Positions 46,328-55,320 of a DNA stretch of 58,338 nucleotides are shown in pieces. Both the position numbers and the translations under genes were made by a program. The notes under the pieces were generated by a model. It did not search any database and had not been told where the DNA came from. It saw nothing but the letters and a program-made list of their open reading frames with translations. Each line of letters opens with the position of its first letter. Positions within the stretch are counted from its first letter, which is position 1. Location: positions 1 to 58,338 of the forward strand of contig SLAA01000117.1 of the NCBI GenBank assembly GCA_007127105.1. Direction: 5' to 3'. This stretch comes from Spirochaetales bacterium. GTDB lineage: Bacteria > Spirochaetota > Spirochaetia > DSM-27196 > SLAA01.

Positions 46328-46957
46328 TTATTCGCGACCGCGCAGAACGTCCATCACCTCTTGTACTGGAATGTCACAGACCTCAAGCAGAACCAGGAGG
46401 TGGTAGATTAAGTCCGCGGCTTCGTTGCGAATATCCTCGGTCTTGTTGGCAAGAATCAGCTCTATTGCTTCCTCGCCAGTCTTCTTGCGAATCTTGTCTT
46501 CGCCTTCACGGAAAAGGTAGCTGGTGTAGGAACCTTCTGGCATGTCTCTACGCCTGGCGCCAATAATATTTGCGAGGCGTTCAAGCGTTGCGTCCGACGG
46601 CATTCCCGGGACAGCCGTCTCGGCACTATTAACAGCAGCAGCATCAACCGCGGTGGTGGGGATGTGATCTCCGCGCTCTGGCAGGGAAGTCTGGCCTTCT
46701 CCTCCCTCTCCAGAACCGCGTCCAGAGAGGGATACAACGGCTTCATACCAGGTGTCGCGGTCATGCAGCTCCCGGAGCTCGTTGTTTCCGTTGTCGTAAG
46801 GCAGCACCCGGCCGCCCTCAGGTTGATACACCCACAGCTCATTGTTCTCCAGGCTTTTGCGGAAGGCCTTTGCGTTCTGCAATGCGGCTGCGACGACATC
46901 GCCATTGGACGCTCGAATGACCAGAGCTTTTATGTCGCTTTCCTGTACAGGAATCAC
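46328..46957 (-). CDS. hisE: Phosphoribosyl-ATP pyrophosphatase HisE with degenerate N-terminal HisI-like region
   Basis: GSYTSYLF, KKTGEEAIE, EAADLIYHLLVLL. Confidence 0.88.
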   Translation of the reverse strand: MIPVQESDIKALVIRASNGDVVAAALQNAKAFRKSLENNELWVYQPEGGRVLPYDNGNNELRELHDRDTWYEAVVSLSGRGSGEGGEGQTSLPERGDHIPTTAVDAAAVNSAETAVPGMPSDATLERLANIIGARRRDMPEGSYTSYLFREGEDKIRKKTGEEAIELILANKTEDIRNEAADLIYHLLVLLEVCDIPVQEVMDVLRGRE

Positions 46958-47700
46958 CAGCTTACTTCCTCCGAGCCTGAAGGCCGTTGCGCAAAAAACG
47001 CGGCCAGATCCAGCTTAGCTTCATAGACTGCGCGACCGGCAATAACCCCAACAATATTCTTGTGGCCCTCGGCGAGCACCTTCTCTACATCCTCAGCCGA
47101 GGAGATCCCACCGGACAGAATAACCGGCAAGCCACAGCTCTCGGCAATGAGGTTGGTGCGCGCAATATCCGGCCCCTGCAGAGCACCATCTTTCTCAATA
47201 TTGGTGTAGATAATTCCACAGGCCCCTAACTCCCGGGCTCGTTTTGCAAGAGTTATGTCGTCCAGCCCGGAGTCTTCTTCCCAGCCCGAGACCTGAACCT
47301 TGCCGTTGCGCGCATCAATACCCGCAAGAAAAATTCCGCCATAGTGCGCGGTCCAGCCCTCAACAATCTCTGGCCGCCGGGCAAAGGCCGTTCCCACCAC
47401 GAATCTATCAATCCCGAGATCAAGCAGTTCCTCTATATCGTCCTCGGAACGAATGCCGCCACCGAGCTGCAAAGTACACTGCACCGCACGCCGAATCTTC
47501 CGGATTTTTGCTCGATTCAGCCCGCTATCGCCACGTGCTGCATCGAGGTCTACCAAGTGAATTCGACGAGCACCCGCAGCCTCGAACTCTCGAGCTACAG
47601 CAACCGGATCCTTGTCATAGATGGTGGCCTCGTCGAAGTCACCTTGGAGAAGCCGCACACATTTTCCACCCAGTATGTCGATAGATGGGATTAAGGTCAT
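46954..47700 (-). CDS. hisA: ProFAR isomerase HisA
   Basis: IPSIDILGGKCVRLLQGD, HLVDLD, QLGGGIR, YTNIEKDG, ILSGGI, GRAVYE. Confidence 0.95.
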   Translation of the reverse strand: MTLIPSIDILGGKCVRLLQGDFDEATIYDKDPVAVAREFEAAGARRIHLVDLDAARGDSGLNRAKIRKIRRAVQCTLQLGGGIRSEDDIEELLDLGIDRFVVGTAFARRPEIVEGWTAHYGGIFLAGIDARNGKVQVSGWEEDSGLDDITLAKRARELGACGIIYTNIEKDGALQGPDIARTNLIAESCGLPVILSGGISSAEDVEKVLAEGHKNIVGVIAGRAVYEAKLDLAAFFAQRPSGSEEVSW

Positions 47701-47835
47701 CGTTGATCTCCTTGCTGAAGTTCTTCATGTAGTATGTGGGGTTCCGTCGCAACGCCTCGTAGACAACGGCCACAAAGCATGACACGCCAAGTGTACGCAC
47801 TCCGTGAGGACAAGGCAAGTGAGGGAGCGGCCTGT

Positions 47836-49194
47836 CTAGTCTTCTCGCAGGGCACGAAACTGAAGCTCTTCACCAGCGCAGAACGGGACAACCCCGTGAT
47901 ACTCTGCCGGAACAGTCCACGGTTGGCGCTCAAGTCTCAGATACCCGGAGTTTAGGGGCAGCCGGTAGAACTCCGCCCCATAACGTGAAACAAAAGCCTC
48001 CATCGCCTCCACCCACGCCGGACGATGCACCTCTCCACCCGCACTCAAAACCCCGGCGCCCGCCTGGGAGTCGCTCGAACCTCTCCTATCACCGTTTCCA
48101 TTACCGTTCCCATTACCGCTTCCGTTTCCGTTGCCTCCTCCGGCCTGACCACTGCCACTTCCGGTGCCAGCGCCGCCAGCGCCGCCACGGCCGCCACTTC
48201 CGGCGCCGAGCCCTCCGACACCTATATGCGCCTCAAAAAAGCTCGCGAGTAAGGGGAGCGATACCGGCGCGGTGTACAACCCGGCGCAACCACAGTCACA
48301 CTCCTTATGCTCACGGGTATGCGGGGCGCTATCCGAACCAAAAAAGAACTTGGGCTCGCCGTTGAGGACAACTTCACGCAGCATCGCTCGATCAGCCGGT
48401 GTTTTCACGACCGGTTTGCAGAAGTGATGCGGCCGGAGTTCACCACCAATGAGGTCGTCAAGCGTCAGCAGAAGATGGTGCACCGTTATGGTGGCAGACA
48501 CGCGGGGTGGTAAATCACGCACCGCCCGTACGGCGTCAGCGGTAGAAAGGTGTTCCAGCACGACTCGCAGGCCCGGAAAGCGCGTCACGATGGTCTCCAG
48601 CTTGGAGAGAAAAGCCGTCTCCCGCTCCAGGCAAAAGGCGTCCGGAACCTCGCCATGAATGCATAGAACAATATCGTGTTCCTGCATTGCCTCAAGCGCT
48701 GGAAATATCGACTCAATGGTACGAACACCGTCCTCGGAGTTCGTCGTAACACCGGCAGGATAGAGCTTGCCGGCCTTTACGCCGCCGCCAGCCAGCGCCG
48801 TTACCGCCTCTGCATCATGTCGCGGGGCAAGTTTGAAGCTCATAAGCGGTTGGAAGCGGGGGGGATTCGGCCCAAGACCCTCGACAATCTGGCTTCGATA
48901 CCGTTCAAGATCGTCAGCAGTCGAGACCGGTGGTAAGGTATTAGGCATAACCAAGGCACGCGCAAATCCAGCAGCAAGATCCTGCGTGTAAGCCGCTAAG
49001 GCTGTGCCTTGACGCAAGTGGACGTGGAAGTCATCCGGTGTACGGAGGTGATATGTCTCGAAGGCCTCGCCCGGCACCTCCGGCTCCGGTGAGACCACAG
49101 CAGCTGGAGCAGCAGCTGGAGCAGCAGCAGGGCGGCCACTTTGTGCTATGGCTTCGGTGCCGGACTCGTACATTACTACGCTTTTGAGCTTCAT
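47836..49194 (-). CDS. pyrC: Dihydroorotase (homodimeric, E. coli-type) with a Gly/Asn-rich insertion
   Basis: PDDFHVHLR, VMPNT, KLYPAGVTTNS, IHGE, LEHLST, CKPVVK, GSDSAPH..KE. Confidence 0.92.
   Translation of the reverse strand: MKLKSVVMYESGTEAIAQSGRPAAAPAAAPAAVVSPEPEVPGEAFETYHLRTPDDFHVHLRQGTALAAYTQDLAAGFARALVMPNTLPPVSTADDLERYRSQIVEGLGPNPPRFQPLMSFKLAPRHDAEAVTALAGGGVKAGKLYPAGVTTNSEDGVRTIESIFPALEAMQEHDIVLCIHGEVPDAFCLERETAFLSKLETIVTRFPGLRVVLEHLSTADAVRAVRDLPPRVSATITVHHLLLTLDDLIGGELRPHHFCKPVVKTPADRAMLREVVLNGEPKFFFGSDSAPHTREHKECDCGCAGLYTAPVSLPLLASFFEAHIGVGGLGAGSGGRGGAGGAGTGSGSGQAGGGNGNGSGNGNGNGNGDRRGSSDSQAGAGVLSAGGEVHRPAWVEAMEAFVSRYGAEFYRLPLNSGYLRLERQPWTVPAEYHGVVPFCAGEELQFRALRED
48091..48135 (-). 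repeat. Degenerate hexamer repeat encoding GNGNGSGNGNGNGNG
   Basis: Read directly within pyrC. Confidence 0.8.
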
Positions 49195-49202
49195 ATGGCC
49201 CG

Positions 49203-49231
49203 AGCATATCCCTGCGCCGGGCTTTCGGCAA
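49203..49231 (-). promoter_or_regulatory. Sigma-70 promoter, nearly leaderless pyrC
   Basis: TTGCCG-N17-TATGCT, 8 nt before ATG 49194. Confidence 0.55.
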
Positions 49232-49308
49232 GCCTTTTGAACTACTCTGCAGTACCTGCAGCCTGGGGGAAGAGTGGTCCTGGCTTCCTCGCGAGTACTG
49301 GCCCGCAC

Positions 49309-49337
49309 TTGACGAGCACCGCTGGCCCCGGCATGCT
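49309..49337 (+). promoter_or_regulatory. Sigma-70 promoter, leaderless DUF4954-like gene
   Basis: TTGACG-N17-CATGCT, 6 nt before ATG 49344. Confidence 0.5.
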
Positions 49338-49343
49338 CATACT

Positions 49344-51263
49344 ATGATACCTTCCGAACTCGCCGCAAGCGACCGCATTGAGTTACTCCTGAACGCGCCC
49401 GAGATGAACAGGTGTGCACAGAAGATTGCCTCGTTGAGTGCTCGACGTGAGGAAGTATTGCGTCTCTGTAGGCCTGCTGATGCGGAACAGATTCGCCTTT
49501 TGAAGGCGAACGGAAACATCTGTGAGGACTGGAGTCAACTTCTTCTGGGGCCCTTATTCGATCCGGACCGAGTACACGGCTCTCAGTTCCTGGGACGCTG
49601 TGCCCTCATGGGTACCAACCCCAAGGACGCCGTTGAGGCCGGAGCGCTCGGCTCGCCTGCCAACCAAACAGAAACATCCGCAGCGCACACCTCCGGATAT
49701 CCGCAACTCCCGGCTGGCATCTACAACTCAACCCTGCAGGACTGTGTGGTAGACCACACCGTCTCGCTCTACCACTGCCCGGCGCTCATGGGCTACTACA
49801 TTGGGCACGACTGTAGCATTACCGCGTCGCGACTTGTGGCAATACCGCTGGAACGTCGTATGGACAGCCCGGAGCTGTATGCCGCAAACGCGCTGAGCCC
49901 CACCAATCTTGTGGAGGCCGGGCTGGAAACCGGTGGACGGTCTCTACCTTTTCTTCCAGAAATGACGCTCGAACTCGCATGTCTCATAGCGGAGAATCCC
50001 GTAGATCCAGACTGCCTGAAGGCACTTGAGCAGACACTCAACGCACGCAGCACCCAACAAGCAGAAGGATACCGCCTCATTGGCCCCGGCTCATGGATAA
50101 GTCACTGCCGCTTGCTCCGCAATAGTTATGTTGCCAGCACCACAGTTATTGACGGTGCGGAGTACATTACTGAGTCAGTTCTTCTGTCGGCAGTGAGTAG
50201 CGGTACGCGGGTAAGCGGCGGCGCAGGCATAGCCGGAGCAGTTCTGCAAGAGGGTGTCACGGTAGACACCGCAGCGCGGGTTCGTTCCTCTTTACTGCTC
50301 AGTGGCTCAGGCGCCGAGGACGGAGCACGGATACGGGACTGCCTTATTGCCGGTGGCACCGTAGTCGCGGCAGGCGAGGCTACAGCGAGCTTCATTGGAC
50401 CTTTTGTCGGAATGCACCATAGCTCCTTGCTCATTGCCGCCTACTGGCCCGAGGGAAGGGGAAACATTGGATATGGGGCAAATGTGGGATCCAACCATAC
50501 ATCCCGCATGCCGGACCAGGAAATCCATCCTGGCGAAGGCATGTTCTTTGGCCTGGACACCGTGGTTAAGTTTCCGGCACATTTTCGAAGGGCGCCGTAC
50601 ACCGTACTTGCTTCCGGCGTAAGCACCCTGCCGCAACGTCTTGAGTTACCTTTCTCGCTGATCCTGGAAGACACCCCGCCGCCGGGTTCGGGCGCCGGAT
50701 TAACGCGCATTATCCCAGGGTGGATGCTGCGTGAGAACCTCTACGCCGTTATTCGTACCGAGCATAAGCTCAAACGCCGATGCGGTTCATTTGTCGCGCA
50801 AGACTTTGATCCAAGTCCCTTTCGACCGAGCATTGCCGAGTATGTACGGGCGGCGCTCAAAGGCCTTCGGAGTCTATCCGAGGCCTCTTGGTATCTACCC
50901 AAGGACCTTGCCGCACTCGGTAAGAACTACATGCGTGGAGAGGACCTTGCCCCTGCAATTGCCGCCTATGAAGAGTACCTAAGCGTAGTAGAAGGGCGCG
51001 AACTGACACGGGAAAAGGCTACTGACAACAGCCCTGTGACCACAGCGCAGCGACAGCTGCTGCTACGCTACATCGAAATTCTTGGCGCCTATCCGGAAAG
51101 GGCAACTGCTTCACGCCGTAAGGATATGGACCGCGGAATCAGGATCATCCCGGACTATGAATGCACCCACCAGCCTCCCGAGGAGGAGCCCTTGCTGCAG
51201 GAGTTCCGGTTAGAGACAGCCAAGGAACGAGAGCAGGCCAAGGATATGCTCACGAGACAGTGA
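49344..51263 (+). CDS. DUF4954-like left-handed beta-helix protein
   Basis: LKANGNICEDW, GIYNSTLQDC, ETGGR, hexapeptide-like runs, GPFVGMHHSSLLIAAYWPEGRGNIGYGANVGSNHTSR. Confidence 0.78.
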   Translation: MIPSELAASDRIELLLNAPEMNRCAQKIASLSARREEVLRLCRPADAEQIRLLKANGNICEDWSQLLLGPLFDPDRVHGSQFLGRCALMGTNPKDAVEAGALGSPANQTETSAAHTSGYPQLPAGIYNSTLQDCVVDHTVSLYHCPALMGYYIGHDCSITASRLVAIPLERRMDSPELYAANALSPTNLVEAGLETGGRSLPFLPEMTLELACLIAENPVDPDCLKALEQTLNARSTQQAEGYRLIGPGSWISHCRLLRNSYVASTTVIDGAEYITESVLLSAVSSGTRVSGGAGIAGAVLQEGVTVDTAARVRSSLLLSGSGAEDGARIRDCLIAGGTVVAAGEATASFIGPFVGMHHSSLLIAAYWPEGRGNIGYGANVGSNHTSRMPDQEIHPGEGMFFGLDTVVKFPAHFRRAPYTVLASGVSTLPQRLELPFSLILEDTPPPGSGAGLTRIIPGWMLRENLYAVIRTEHKLKRRCGSFVAQDFDPSPFRPSIAEYVRAALKGLRSLSEASWYLPKDLAALGKNYMRGEDLAPAIAAYEEYLSVVEGRELTREKATDNSPVTTAQRQLLLRYIEILGAYPERATASRRKDMDRGIRIIPDYECTHQPPEEEPLLQEFRLETAKEREQAKDMLTRQ

Positions 51264-52381
51264 GAGGCACAGGAGTAGATGTGGTTGAGGCACAACTGCA
51301 ATCAGCCGGAGTTGAGTACTACCGGGCGGAAACATCGGCGCTGGACGCCTACTTCGACATTTCGAATCCCTATCACCGTTACCTCTACGCTCGTGTCGAT
51401 CTCGTCGAGCTGGTACGCATCATGGACGAGCCCGATTTCCCCGGCATTAATGGGTGGGATGTCGCGGTAGGGAAGCCGGAGTACAATGCCCCTATTGTCC
51501 ACACCGAGATATCTCCACGAGTGTACATTCGTTGTTTGGACGAGCAGAGCGCCTTTCCACAGGAAGAGCCCAAGGTATTCTCGTTTCTCTATGATCCGGT
51601 TGGCGACCGATATCTGGACAAACAGGGCGTGTATCACTCAATACGGGAGCGCAAACTCGACAGCGCCGGAGATCTACGCTCCACGGCAGTGCTGATTGCT
51701 CGTTACGGCTTTGATCCGGGACCCCTTGCAGCCTTGGAGGCTTCGCATGAAACCCTGACGGTCGAGGAACAGCGCCTTCTTCTTGGCGATATTCTCACCG
51801 GACGGCATCCCCAAAAGGCACTCGACTTCCTGCTGGAAACCGGTTTTGTTGCGAGGTTCTGGCCAGAACTACCGGCAATGGATCTCACCGAACACAGCAA
51901 GGAATATCACCCGGAGGGGAACGTCTGGCGCCATACGCTCGAGACCCTGAGATATCGCAAATCCACGGACCTCCGTCTGTCCCTTGCGCTGTTGCTGCAT
52001 GACATTGGCAAACCACTTTCAAGCCGCAGTGAAGAGAATGAGTTCGAAAGCCACGCCGAACTTGGAGCTAAGGCCGCAACCCGCTTTCTCAGGCAACTGG
52101 GATATGGTGAGCCCGTTGTACAGGATGTTCGCTTTCTCATTCGCTATCATATGTTTCCCGGAGCGATCTCGCGCATGCCGGTTCATCGCAGCGGCCCTAT
52201 CATGTCAAACAAACTGTTTCCGCTGTTGCTGGAACTCTACCGCTGTGATCTGTCGTCCACCTTCCGTGGTCCGGAGGGTTACTATAAGGCCTGTAGTACC
52301 TACCGCAGCTTTCTTAAGAACAACGCGAATCCTTTCCGTGATGCGGAAGGAAAGAAACTCTTACGCCTCTACGTTGAGTAA
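51260..52381 (+). CDS. HD-domain protein resembling the body/tail of CCA-adding or poly(A) polymerase enzymes (start 51260 or 51281)
   Basis: FWPEL, YHPEGNVWRHT, ALLLHDIGKP, HAELGA, LIRYHM; GTGA coupling to the upstream gene. Confidence 0.85.
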   Translation: MRGTGVDVVEAQLQSAGVEYYRAETSALDAYFDISNPYHRYLYARVDLVELVRIMDEPDFPGINGWDVAVGKPEYNAPIVHTEISPRVYIRCLDEQSAFPQEEPKVFSFLYDPVGDRYLDKQGVYHSIRERKLDSAGDLRSTAVLIARYGFDPGPLAALEASHETLTVEEQRLLLGDILTGRHPQKALDFLLETGFVARFWPELPAMDLTEHSKEYHPEGNVWRHTLETLRYRKSTDLRLSLALLLHDIGKPLSSRSEENEFESHAELGAKAATRFLRQLGYGEPVVQDVRFLIRYHMFPGAISRMPVHRSGPIMSNKLFPLLLELYRCDLSSTFRGPEGYYKACSTYRSFLKNNANPFRDAEGKKLLRLYVE

Positions 52382-52407
52382 CCCGGAGTCGCGTAACCCG
52401 GAGTCGA
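52378..52407. repeat. 15-bp tandem duplication spanning the HD gene stop
   Basis: GTAACCCGGAGTCG(C/A) x2. Confidence 0.85.
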
Positions 52408-52426
52408 GTGTCCCGCAAGCAGCCCC

Positions 52427-53758
52427 TCAGACCGAGGATCGGCGAAAGCTGTCCCCATATCGGTCGGCCAGAAACTCAAGAAGCCCGGTTGAGTTCGGCG
52501 GAACCAGAGTCGCCTGTTTGGGAAGTTGCAGGGACTCGGCCAGTCGCTCCGGTATCTCGGGTGCAATACCCACGGCACGCTCAACGGTTTCTACAAACTT
52601 TGCCGGATGAGCGGTTGCCAGCGTAACCACATGTGCATTGGGATTCCGTGAAAGATACTGTTCGGCGGCAAAGGTGCCCGTGGCGGTATGGGGGCACACA
52701 AAGTAGTCGTACGAACTGTGCACTCGCCGGATTTCGGACAGTGTTTGCTCATCATCTGCGACTTCGGACTCCATCATCTCGGTCATGGGCATCTCGAGGG
52801 AGGCAAAGATCGAGGCTAAACGTTCGAAGTTGCTGGGATTCCCAACATCCATTGCGTTGGATAGCGTCTGCACCGAGGGCCGTGGCCGGTACACGCCGCT
52901 TGCAAGATACTCGGGCACAACATCGTTCGCATTGGTCGCGGCCACAAATCTCCGAGCTGGCATTCCCCAACGCCACGCCAACACACCGGCGCACACATTG
53001 CCAAAGTTCCCGCTGGGCACAGAGAAGACTGGCTCTGGTGCAATGGGCCGTAGTCGAACTGCGGCGTAGAGGTAGTACAGCGCCTGCGGCAGCAGACGTC
53101 CCAGGTTGATAGAGTTGGCCGAGGTGAGCGAGTAACGCTCTCGAGCCTGCTCATTCTGAAAGACTTCCTTGACCATCGCCTGGCAGTCGTCAAAGGAACC
53201 CTGCACCTCAAGTGCGCACACATTCCCACCAAGAGTAGTGAGCTGCTGCTCTTGCAGGTGGCTCACACGTCCCGAGGGGTAAAGGATGACTACCTCAAGA
53301 TTGTCACGACCATGAAAGGCGCGCGCGACGGCACTACCGGTGTCGCCACTGGTAGCCGTAAGGATTACCGCCTTCTCTCCTCCCTTGCCCAGATAGTGCT
53401 CCATCATGTGCGCCAGAAATGAGGCTCCAAAATCTTTAAATGCGCATGAGGGGCCGTGAAAGAGCTCCAGTACCGAAAGCCGCTCATGGAGCTGGTGGAT
53501 CTGCGGAGCAAAAGGAAAGGCGGTCCGGGCAACATCTGCCGCGGTGCGCTCATCAATATCGTCCGGAAAAATGAGCGGCAGCACTCGTTCGCTAAGCTCA
53601 ACGAAGGATATGTCGGAACCACAGCTTTCCAGGGCATTGGAAAGCATCGGTGTCTCCGTTGGCATGTACAGGCCGCCGTCCGGAGCCAGGCCCCGAAACA
53701 CCACACTACGGAACTCGGCTGAGATGGAGGAATCTCGTGTGCTCACATAACGACTCAC
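52427..53758 (-). CDS. thrC: Threonine synthase
   Basis: GLAPDGGLY, ELFHGPSCAFKDFG (PLP Lys), ATSGDTG, SANSINLGR, VPSGNFGN, CPHTA, TAHPAKF. Confidence 0.96.
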   Translation of the reverse strand: MSRYVSTRDSSISAEFRSVVFRGLAPDGGLYMPTETPMLSNALESCGSDISFVELSERVLPLIFPDDIDERTAADVARTAFPFAPQIHQLHERLSVLELFHGPSCAFKDFGASFLAHMMEHYLGKGGEKAVILTATSGDTGSAVARAFHGRDNLEVVILYPSGRVSHLQEQQLTTLGGNVCALEVQGSFDDCQAMVKEVFQNEQARERYSLTSANSINLGRLLPQALYYLYAAVRLRPIAPEPVFSVPSGNFGNVCAGVLAWRWGMPARRFVAATNANDVVPEYLASGVYRPRPSVQTLSNAMDVGNPSNFERLASIFASLEMPMTEMMESEVADDEQTLSEIRRVHSSYDYFVCPHTATGTFAAEQYLSRNPNAHVVTLATAHPAKFVETVERAVGIAPEIPERLAESLQLPKQATLVPPNSTGLLEFLADRYGDSFRRSSV

Positions 53759-55230
53759 CCCTTCACCTCCGTTGCGGGGGCTCCCTGAACTGGCTCCTGC
53801 GTCGAGTGTGTGAAGAACGCAGAATGCACCACGTTTAATACCTGTTTGCGCGCCGCCATCTCCACCACAAAGGATATGTTCATCTCGGACGAGCCCTGCG
53901 CAATTGCAAGAATGTTCACCTGTGCCTCTCCTAAGGCGCTAAAGATTTTACCGGCAATCCCCGGAGTGCCTCGCATACATGCGCCTATAACGGCAACAAT
54001 CTCAAGGTTGTGGATGAGCTCAAGCTGCCCAATGCGGCGGGACTCAAGCTCATGCGCGAGCTCCCGTTCAAGCGCCTTCATTGCGGGCTGCGCGTCATGC
54101 CGTCGACAGACGACGCAGATGCTGTGCTCGGAGGAAGCCTGAGATATCATGATAATGTTTACACTTGCGGAGGCAAGCGCCGAGAATACCCGAGATGCAA
54201 TTCCTGGGACACCCACCATGCCCCCACCTTCAACATTAATGAGCGCGACATCTCCTATGGAGGCGATCCCGGTAATGGTGTCAATTCCGCGGTCTTCACC
54301 GCGCCCATCGTGTGAAATAAGAGTTCCCGGGGCGTGAGGATTGAGAGTGTTTTTGATTCGAATGGGAACCCGACGCTCAACTGCCGGAAGCATGGTGTAT
54401 GGGTGCAGTACCTCGGCCCCGAAATAGGCAAGCTCCATAGCTTCTTCCACCGTGATGGTGGGAATGACAAAAGCGTCCTTGACATGGCGCGGGTCAGCGC
54501 TCAGCACTCCGTCTACATCGGTCCAGATCTCAATCACATCGGCGTGTAATCCAGCACCCAATAAACTCGCTGTATAGTCCGAACCATTGCGTCCAAGCGT
54601 GGTCGTAACGCCGTCCTCGGTAGCCGCAATAAAGCCGGTGACAATGGGCAGTTCCTGTTCATGATGTATAAGTGCCCGTGCACGTTCAAAACTCTTCTCA
54701 AGCAAGACGGTGGCTGAACCGTGCTCCGCCTCGGTAACAATAACCCGCCGAGCATCGACCATTACTGCATCTTCTCCCAGAAAACACAGATAGGCGCTCA
54801 TGAGCGTACAGGACATCCGCTCGCCAAATCCCGCTATGAGATCGCGACTTCGTGGAGAACACTCCCTCACCAACTCAATGCCATGGAGGATATCGCCAAG
54901 CTCATGGTGCAGCGCGGTGAGCTTCCCAATCAGCTGTCCCGCTTGGGAATAATCTTCGCTTACGTCTTCCGAAACAGGGAGCTCCGCAGCGAACAAAGTC
55001 TTGATTGCCTTCTCATGAGTGTCCATGACACGCTCATAGAGTAGGCGGAACTCCGGGTCCGCATTCTCGGCAAGATCGGCCGCAGCCAGGAGCGTATCGG
55101 TGATCCCTTTCATAGCGGAAAGCACAACCACCACCGAACCGGCGGCGGCCTCGGCACGCACGATCTCGGCAACAGCCGCTATGCGGCCTGCGTCCGCAAG
55201 CGAACTTCCTCCAAATTTCATTACTTTCAT
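53755..55230 (-). CDS. lysC: Aspartate kinase with two ACT domains
   Basis: MKFGGSS, VLSAM, GERMS, TTLGRNGSDYTA, WTDVDG, ELAYFGAEVLHP, ISQASSE, IAQGSSE. Confidence 0.92.
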   Translation of the reverse strand: MKVMKFGGSSLADAGRIAAVAEIVRAEAAAGSVVVVLSAMKGITDTLLAAADLAENADPEFRLLYERVMDTHEKAIKTLFAAELPVSEDVSEDYSQAGQLIGKLTALHHELGDILHGIELVRECSPRSRDLIAGFGERMSCTLMSAYLCFLGEDAVMVDARRVIVTEAEHGSATVLLEKSFERARALIHHEQELPIVTGFIAATEDGVTTTLGRNGSDYTASLLGAGLHADVIEIWTDVDGVLSADPRHVKDAFVIPTITVEEAMELAYFGAEVLHPYTMLPAVERRVPIRIKNTLNPHAPGTLISHDGRGEDRGIDTITGIASIGDVALINVEGGGMVGVPGIASRVFSALASASVNIIMISQASSEHSICVVCRRHDAQPAMKALERELAHELESRRIGQLELIHNLEIVAVIGACMRGTPGIAGKIFSALGEAQVNILAIAQGSSEMNISFVVEMAARKQVLNVVHSAFFTHSTQEPVQGAPATEVKG

Positions 55231-55320
55231 GATCAACCAGCCTCTGCGCTAAATTGTAGCAGAAAGCATCGAAGATGAGTATGATACAAGCATGATTCTG
55301 CCTGGAGAGGGAGTCGAAAT

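Noticed and set aside
52378-52407. Direct repeat as a CRISPR remnant or IS target-site duplication
   Set aside because: Two abutting 15-bp copies with no spacer and no intervening element
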